Below, piece by piece: positions 58,737 to 64,000 of a stretch of 64,000 nt of DNA. The stretch spans positions 1 through 64,000 of IMG/VR virus record IMGVR_UViG_3300037453_000168; one strand, 5' to 3'. Source of the stretch: a virus. Its lineage: Duplodnaviria; Caudoviricetes. The notes below the pieces were generated by a model. The model made no database searches, was not told the origin of the DNA, and saw only the letters and a list, made by a program, of their open reading frames with translations. The position numbers and the translations under genes are program-made. Numbering within the stretch: position 1 is the stretch's first letter; every line of letters begins with the position of its first letter.

Positions 58737-58895
58737 ATGTACCATGACACCCCAATCACTCAGGACGAATGCAGAGCATCCGAGAGGGCATTCCTCCGTT
58801 CTATCGGAGTGAGGGACATGAACGCACTTCAAAGGATATTCGAGGAGTGCGACTACGATATCGACAGAATCAACAGAAGGCTCGGAAGGTGCTGA
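58737..58895 (+). CDS. Small hypothetical protein
   Basis: SD ggagg. Confidence 0.55.
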   Translation: MYHDTPITQDECRASERAFLRSIGVRDMNALQRIFEECDYDIDRINRRLGRC

Positions 58896-58897
58896 AC

Positions 58898-59212
58898 ATG
58901 GGATACAAGAAAGTCATCGGGGAATGGCCGAACATCCCCCTCTCCAAAGAGGATGCGAAGAAACTGGTGCTAATCAGTAACAATCCCGTCTACGAATCCG
59001 TTGTGAGGGACTATCACGGACGTAGCAGATACGACAACAATCCGCCAGAGGATTTGGGATTCGGAGACATCTGCTATTGGCTGGACTACGAGGCCAATAT
59101 GGACGATGCGCAGGACGTACCCCTCGAAGAGAGGATGTTCACCCGTCAGGCGGTTTCTGGAATCAACAGATGGCTGGATAAATATAACACCAATCCAATC
59201 CGCCCGTGGTGA
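58898..59212 (+). CDS. Hypothetical protein
   Basis: ORF in operon. Confidence 0.65.
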   Translation: MGYKKVIGEWPNIPLSKEDAKKLVLISNNPVYESVVRDYHGRSRYDNNPPEDLGFGDICYWLDYEANMDDAQDVPLEERMFTRQAVSGINRWLDKYNTNPIRPW

Positions 59213-59217
59213 TAGGG

Positions 59218-59358
59218 ATGACGAAGAAATACATCGTAGGATGGGTCGATTACGAGAACAAAACGAAGGTGGAGGAGTTCATCGATGTCAAAGAGGCCCT
59301 GCAATTCATCGAGAACGGACTTCACTTCATACAGGAGTTCACGATTAGGAGGGAATGA
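59218..59358 (+). CDS. Small hypothetical protein
   Basis: Coupled to the next gene. Confidence 0.55.
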   Translation: MTKKYIVGWVDYENKTKVEEFIDVKEALQFIENGLHFIQEFTIRRE

Positions 59359-59606
59359 GGATGGCCCCGTTGTTCAAGACGCTTGAAGCACCCATAGTCG
59401 GGGTGCGTTGTTCCAAATGCGGTGCGGAGAGCACCACGATTGTACCCATCAGAATGTCGGAATCATACGACTATGAATCTGGCATCTATACGTTCATAGA
59501 TGCGACCGAATGCGGTGGCTGTGGCCATATCGTGTTTGTGGAAAGGAGGATGAAGATAGTGGAGCAGAGGTCGATGGATACCATCGAGGGGAAGAAGGAG
59601 GAATGA
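59355..59606 (+). CDS. Zn-ribbon protein
   Basis: CSKC..CGGC. Confidence 0.65.
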   Translation: MRMAPLFKTLEAPIVGVRCSKCGAESTTIVPIRMSESYDYESGIYTFIDATECGGCGHIVFVERRMKIVEQRSMDTIEGKKEE

Positions 59607-59610
59607 GGGC

Positions 59611-60006
59611 ATGGCGGATGCGAGGGAGATTGTATCTTCCCCTCTTAAAAACCGTTTCATGCCTGTGTTCAAGGCGTACTGTGATGCATGCGGTACGACG
59701 AACGATGCTCCGAACACTACGAGGATGCTCGAACGCTACGATTACGACAAGGGGACATACATCTTGTTCGATATCGTGACCTGCGAATCGTGCGGAACAT
59801 CGTTCATCGTCAAGAGGGAATTTCAGATGCTGAAACAGGAATCATCAAGGAAGGTGGATAATGATGCACAGCGACGATATCAAAGACAGAATCGAGGAAC
59901 TGAACAAGCAACTCGACACGTTCGAATCCGATTCCAGCATACCGAGGGAAACGCTGGAGGTCATACGCACAAGGGCGATACTGCTGAACGTCCTCGCTCT
60001 CAATGA
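59611..60006 (+). CDS. Zn-ribbon protein, paralogue of the 59355 gene (3' end uncertain)
   Basis: CDAC..YDYDKGTY..CESC; long overlap with the 59861 gene. Confidence 0.55.
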   Translation: MADAREIVSSPLKNRFMPVFKAYCDACGTTNDAPNTTRMLERYDYDKGTYILFDIVTCESCGTSFIVKREFQMLKQESSRKVDNDAQRRYQRQNRGTEQATRHVRIRFQHTEGNAGGHTHKGDTAERPRSQ

Positions 60007-60097
60007 GCTGAACTGGTCGTTCTTCTATACCAAGGAGGAATTGAAGAAGATTAATCAGTCTTTGGACCTCCTTATCAGGACGATACAGAGGAAGTAA
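59861..60097 (+). CDS. Hypothetical protein
   Basis: SD ggtgga; coiled-coil. Confidence 0.65.
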   Translation: MMHSDDIKDRIEELNKQLDTFESDSSIPRETLEVIRTRAILLNVLALNELNWSFFYTKEELKKINQSLDLLIRTIQRK

Positions 60098-60098
60098 T

Positions 60099-60356
60099 AT
60101 GTACGATTGGAATTGTGTATCATGCGGTTCGAAGGTACAGGCCTTCAACACGATAAAATGGCCTATGATTCCCCGTATCTTCGGCAGTCCGACAAAGGGG
60201 GTCAAGGTCTATCGTACCTATCGCTGTGACAGATGCGGAATAAGATACATGGAGAGGGTGCGATGCCGACACATGTTGTCCGTTATTCCTGCAAGGATTC
60301 GAGCAGACAGGAGTTCAGGACGCTCGAAAGCAGATATTACTCCAACAGCAAGGTGA
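60099..60356 (+). CDS. Zn-ribbon protein
   Basis: CVSC..CDRC. Confidence 0.55.
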   Translation: MYDWNCVSCGSKVQAFNTIKWPMIPRIFGSPTKGVKVYRTYRCDRCGIRYMERVRCRHMLSVIPARIRADRSSGRSKADITPTAR

Positions 60357-60661
60357 TGTACGAGAAATGCTTGGAATGGGCGGAGCATCACGGATTCGAC
60401 CAAGTGGAATTGTTCCGTCGCACGATTGCCAACACCGAGACAAAGGACAATCAATCCGATACGTCCCCCGTCGTTCCTAAGTCGGTTCGGGACGATGAAC
60501 ATATATCCATACCGACCGATAAGAAGAAATCGCCCAGGAACGATTTGATAACGACCTCCGACGATATGCTCAGGATACTGTTGAAGACCTCGCATAGAAA
60601 CTCGGAGATATATGCAAGAGCGGTGGCGGAGATTAAATGGAGAGGACTGGAACGAATATAA
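60263..60661 (+). CDS. Hypothetical protein
   Basis: SD gagggtg. Confidence 0.6.
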   Translation: MPTHVVRYSCKDSSRQEFRTLESRYYSNSKVMYEKCLEWAEHHGFDQVELFRRTIANTETKDNQSDTSPVVPKSVRDDEHISIPTDKKKSPRNDLITTSDDMLRILLKTSHRNSEIYARAVAEIKWRGLERI

Positions 60662-60669
60662 TCCGTGTG

Positions 60670-60771
60670 ATGATTGAACATGAGATATTCTGGGAGTCCA
60701 TACTTCCAGACGTCATGTAGGCAATCGAACTCAATCAGGTTTGGAACGACATACGCAGAGAACGTTTTTAA
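60670..60771 (+). CDS. Small ORF with in-frame TAG (60718)
   Basis: MIEHEIFWESILPDVM*AIELNQVWNDIRRERF fills the gap between two genes. Confidence 0.45.
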
Positions 60772-60792
60772 GGGCAATCAAACCTATCGGTC

Positions 60793-61647
60793 ATGGGAAG
60801 GAGCATGACCGATATATTCCATTCATTCTTGAAGACGGTAGGCGGTGGAGAGGGGGACAGATGCCTGTACCCCACGAGATTGGACGTATATGGCAAGGGC
60901 TGTCAGCATAACTGCGCCTATTGCTATGCCCAATCCTTATTGGATTTCAGAGGCAATTGGAATCCAGAAGACCCCTCCGTCGCCGATAAGGATGATGTAT
61001 CGAAAGCATTGGATTCTATCGAGAAGGGTACGATACTTCGCCTTGGAGGTCTTACAGACCCGTTCCAGCCATGCGAGGACAGGCATCACATGAATCGTTG
61101 GCTCATACAGGAATTGAACGACAGGGGTATAGGATACCTCATCGTCACCAAGGGTGCGAACATCCTCGAGAAGAACATGGACGTATTGGATACTGGATTA
61201 TGCCATGTGCAGATTTCATACACTCATTCCGATGGCATGGCACCGCCTGATTTCGAGAACGCATCCCCTCCGCATGACCGTATAAGAGTGGGCGAGATAT
61301 TGCAGGACAACGGATTCGACATAGCCCTCCGCCTGTCCCCGTATATGCCACAGTATATAGATATGGATAGAATCAGAGATTGCAGGATTGATAAGATTCT
61401 CGTCGAGTTCCTGAGAGCGAATGCTATGATTAGGAAGAAGATGCCGTATTACGATTTCACGGCATGGAACCGTAAACAGGACGGCTATCAGCAATTATCC
61501 CTGTCCGCTAAGAAGATGCTGTTGAGACCGTTGCTATCCACGGGAAAGAGGATTTCCGTATGCGAGGATTACACCCCTCATTATCTATGGTTCAAGGAAA
61601 ATGTGAACTTCGATAAGGATGATTGCTGTATGCTGAGGAAACCGTAA
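60793..61647 (+). CDS. Radical SAM protein, spore-photoproduct-lyase (SplB)-like
   Basis: GCQHNCAYCYA, RLGGLTDPFQP, IVTKG, LRLSP. Confidence 0.85.
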   Translation: MGRSMTDIFHSFLKTVGGGEGDRCLYPTRLDVYGKGCQHNCAYCYAQSLLDFRGNWNPEDPSVADKDDVSKALDSIEKGTILRLGGLTDPFQPCEDRHHMNRWLIQELNDRGIGYLIVTKGANILEKNMDVLDTGLCHVQISYTHSDGMAPPDFENASPPHDRIRVGEILQDNGFDIALRLSPYMPQYIDMDRIRDCRIDKILVEFLRANAMIRKKMPYYDFTAWNRKQDGYQQLSLSAKKMLLRPLLSTGKRISVCEDYTPHYLWFKENVNFDKDDCCMLRKP

Positions 61648-61659
61648 TGGATTTAGTAT

Positions 61660-61738
61660 ATTGAATAATATATTTTATATACATACATTTGTTATTCAAT
61701 TCTGTAAACCGATGGGTTTACAGGCGTGAATGGAAATG
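61660..61738 (+). promoter_or_regulatory. Promoter plus leader hairpin cassette, copy 4
   Basis: ctgtaaacc-gatg-ggtttacag; ATG61736. Confidence 0.8.
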
Positions 61739-62122
61739 GGCAACTACGAAGTAGTACAAGCGACGGACAAGGACTTGGATTTCTTTTACGAGGATTGGTC
61801 GTTGACCGTCGAGGGTCTTAGCACCGAACAGGAATCTCTGGACGATTATTACGACGTCCTCTCGGAATTTACCGCACTCAAACCAGATTTCAAGTTCTTC
61901 GTCATCGAGGGATGGCTGATGAATCTGAAATACGGACTGACTGGAACGAACGCCTATCCCGACCACTGCCATATCGTGGTCGCACCCAACGGGCAGTTCG
62001 AGGATATCGGCAAGGTCGCCATCCCGAGGTTCGCTTGGGGTGGCAGATGGTTCAATGATATCGTTGACAACAATGCGGTACGTCAGAGGGAGATTAGGGG
62101 ATGGGTATATGGCGAGTGTTGA
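61736..62122 (+). CDS. Hypothetical protein
   Basis: Follows the leader cassette. Confidence 0.7.
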   Translation: MGNYEVVQATDKDLDFFYEDWSLTVEGLSTEQESLDDYYDVLSEFTALKPDFKFFVIEGWLMNLKYGLTGTNAYPDHCHIVVAPNGQFEDIGKVAIPRFAWGGRWFNDIVDNNAVRQREIRGWVYGEC

Positions 62123-62297
62123 CCAGATTCGCCAATGGATGGAAATCATCGGATTATCTGTGGGATGGTATCGTGACAGACTCGAAGAGTGGGATGACCA
62201 CCCCCAATCCGAGGTCATCTGGGAGGACTTGGCCGAACAGACGGAACTCAATCACATAGAAACGATTGAGGATTTCATAGGATTCATGGAGAACTAA
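62109..62297 (+). CDS. Hypothetical protein
   Basis: ORF in operon. Confidence 0.6.
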   Translation: MASVDQIRQWMEIIGLSVGWYRDRLEEWDDHPQSEVIWEDLAEQTELNHIETIEDFIGFMEN

Positions 62298-62310
62298 GGA
62301 GAGATTGGAA

Positions 62311-62499
62311 ATGACAGATGTGGAAACGGTCAAGGGGTGGGTTCATACGCTCGCCCACGGACAGGGTTCATACGGGCGTATGCTCGCCAGTATAGAGGAA
62401 TCGGAGAATCCCGACGGTATGTGGCAAAATCTGACCGATGCAGTCAACGGTTCGGGAGTGACGGATATCGTCGGATTCGTGATGCTCATAGAGGGATGA
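62311..62499 (+). CDS. Hypothetical protein
   Basis: GQGSYGRML motif; SD aggag. Confidence 0.6.
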   Translation: MTDVETVKGWVHTLAHGQGSYGRMLASIEESENPDGMWQNLTDAVNGSGVTDIVGFVMLIEG

Positions 62500-62636
62500 A
62501 TATGGAGATAGAGATAAGGGTGCATTGCAATGAGTTTCCTGATGACGGCGACCCCGACTATGACCGCATCACGAGGGAGTGCATAGAGCGTGCAGTAGCC
62601 AACGGAGATTGGGAAGAAATCGGAGATGATGAATGA
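62496..62636 (+). CDS. Small acidic protein
   Basis: Coupled ORF. Confidence 0.55.
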   Translation: MNMEIEIRVHCNEFPDDGDPDYDRITRECIERAVANGDWEEIGDDE

Positions 62637-62953
62637 TGGACCTTGATGAGTTAGCAGGGAAGATAGGCGTAAGCATAATGACGCAGGATGATGTGAACGA
62701 ACTGATAGATAAGACGTTCGCTCTCGGCACCGTCATAGCGACCATCCGCACGACATACGTCATAGCAGTCAATTCGCTGTCGGAGATGGTGGATGACATG
62801 AAGGAGAAGGGATTCCCCCAGGATGCAATCGAGACCGTGGAGAGGGATATCAAGGCATTGCGCAGGAGCAAGAACGAAGTCCTGGATGCCGTAATGGAGC
62901 ATGAATCAGGAAGAAAGAACGATGAGGAATACAAGATAGTGGAGGATGAGTGA
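62633..62953 (+). CDS. Hypothetical protein
   Basis: Coupled ORF. Confidence 0.65.
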   Translation: MMDLDELAGKIGVSIMTQDDVNELIDKTFALGTVIATIRTTYVIAVNSLSEMVDDMKEKGFPQDAIETVERDIKALRRSKNEVLDAVMEHESGRKNDEEYKIVEDE

Positions 62954-63700
62954 ATGGGGAACAGAGGAGTAATCTGCACGAGAGAGGCATTCGAGAACAA
63001 CGGCATAGGAATCTACGGTCATTGGCAGATGGGCATGGATTCGATAAAGCCGATGTTCGCATACATGAAACTGAGGAACATATCTGGTCCGAGGGAGGGG
63101 GAGAACAGCGAATACAGTAAAACGACGGGATACGCCGATTTCGTATGGATATTCGGCAATTTCGCCAACTCCGCTGGATATTCCAACTTCTCGATAGACT
63201 GTATCGGCAATCTCGATTGCGATAACTACGACAACGGGGTCTACATCATAGACGAGGATTGGAACATCATGGGCAGGGAGCATTTCGATGGAGAAGAACA
63301 GGACAGCTACGACTTCAAGGAGTTCATATATGCTCTGGACGATGCACAGCCAGAATACTATCGCCTTGGGCATGATATGATAGACGATTTGCTCATATCC
63401 AATGCCAACATAGACTATGTATCTTCCCAATACTATTATACGATGAGCATACAGAAGGGGAAGGTCAAGGCATTCCCCGAACGTTTTGAAACGACGGTCA
63501 ATATGTTCGGCAGAATCTCACATATACGCATAGAGGAACGCAAGACCGCAGACGGATTCGTATATCTCAACGGTTCGGAGAATCGCAACGGGGGAAGAAT
63601 ACCCTGTTCTTGGAGGGTCTATCGTTGGAGGGACGGCTCGGAGTCGATAGTCGTATCGGACGGCAAGGATAGCAGGGTCATCCATTCGTCGGATATCTGA
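62954..63700 (+). CDS. Hypothetical protein
   Basis: MGNRGVI..GIYGHW..CDNYDNGVYII conserved-looking phage family. Confidence 0.75.
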   Translation: MGNRGVICTREAFENNGIGIYGHWQMGMDSIKPMFAYMKLRNISGPREGENSEYSKTTGYADFVWIFGNFANSAGYSNFSIDCIGNLDCDNYDNGVYIIDEDWNIMGREHFDGEEQDSYDFKEFIYALDDAQPEYYRLGHDMIDDLLISNANIDYVSSQYYYTMSIQKGKVKAFPERFETTVNMFGRISHIRIEERKTADGFVYLNGSENRNGGRIPCSWRVYRWRDGSESIVVSDGKDSRVIHSSDI

Positions 63701-63760
63701 AATGATTTAAAATCCGAGGGCGATTGGGATACATCGTCCTCGGACTATGGAAGGGATGGG

Positions 63761-64000
63761 ATGATTTGTCAGACTTGCATATACTGTGCCGATACGGTCA
63801 ATTCTTGGAGATACTGCTTTAAGGATACCGAACCCGTCTGGGTCGGTCATCTGTCGGAGGAACGTAAGAACAGATGCCCGTTCTATCGTGAGTCCTCGAT
63901 ACCCTCGTATCGCAAATCGTCGGTTCAGGTATGTCCGAATTGCGGTAGAATCGCTTGTGAATTGAGGAAAGGCGATGGGCATATATGGTTCTGTGAGTTC
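63761..64000 (+). CDS. Cys-rich protein, 3'-truncated
   Basis: MICQTCIYC..CPF..CPNC; open to the window end. Confidence 0.6.
   Translation, partial: MICQTCIYCADTVNSWRYCFKDTEPVWVGHLSEERKNRCPFYRESSIPSYRKSSVQVCPNCGRIACELRKGDGHIWFCEF

Noticed and set aside
59850-60006. Possible programmed frameshift at the 59611/59861 overlap
   Set aside because: No slippery motif recognised; most likely loss of a stop codon in a small paralogue.
1-64000. Whole-genome code 15 (TAG=Gln) with a virus-encoded suppressor
   Set aside because: TAGs are very rare and nearly absent from long late genes, and there is no suppressor tRNA or release factor in the window; disfavoured relative to host Pyl but not excluded.

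Overview
This window is a 64 kb, essentially unidirectional (+ strand) segment of a head-tail (Caudoviricetes-like) virus. It has archaeal TATA promoters (TTTATATA) and GGAGG/GGTGA ribosome-binding sites. The host is inferred, not shown, to be a pyrrolysine-using methanogen such as Methanomassiliicoccales. Gene order: (1) tail-fibre/receptor-binding block with repeats, carbohydrate-binding-like modules and a DGR-type variable C-terminus (1.8-14.6 kb); (2) dUTPase; (3) AT-rich origin-like region; (4) RHH, RusA, DHH and wHTH genes, then a translationally coupled array of about 30 small genes (15.5-27.5 kb); (5) SF2 helicase and Lys/acid-rich putative internal head proteins; (6) a ParB/glycosyltransferase/sugar-nucleotidyltransferase/HAD/radical-SAM cluster next to terS-terL-portal-MuF; (7) metallopeptidase-like protein, prohead protease, scaffold, major capsid protein and further accessory modules. 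The most striking signal is apparent translational recoding of three kinds: ten in-frame TAG codons inside otherwise intact genes (amber read-through, probably Pyl); a UCC-UUU-CGC (PA-X-like) +1 frameshift site that would fuse portal to a start-less MuF frame; and a GGT-TAA-C-GGC insert in the helicase Walker A that a 7-nt ribosomal hop would repair. I found no tRNA, rRNA, CRISPR array, integrase or reverse transcriptase in the window. All product calls come from motif recognition by eye; no database search was run.
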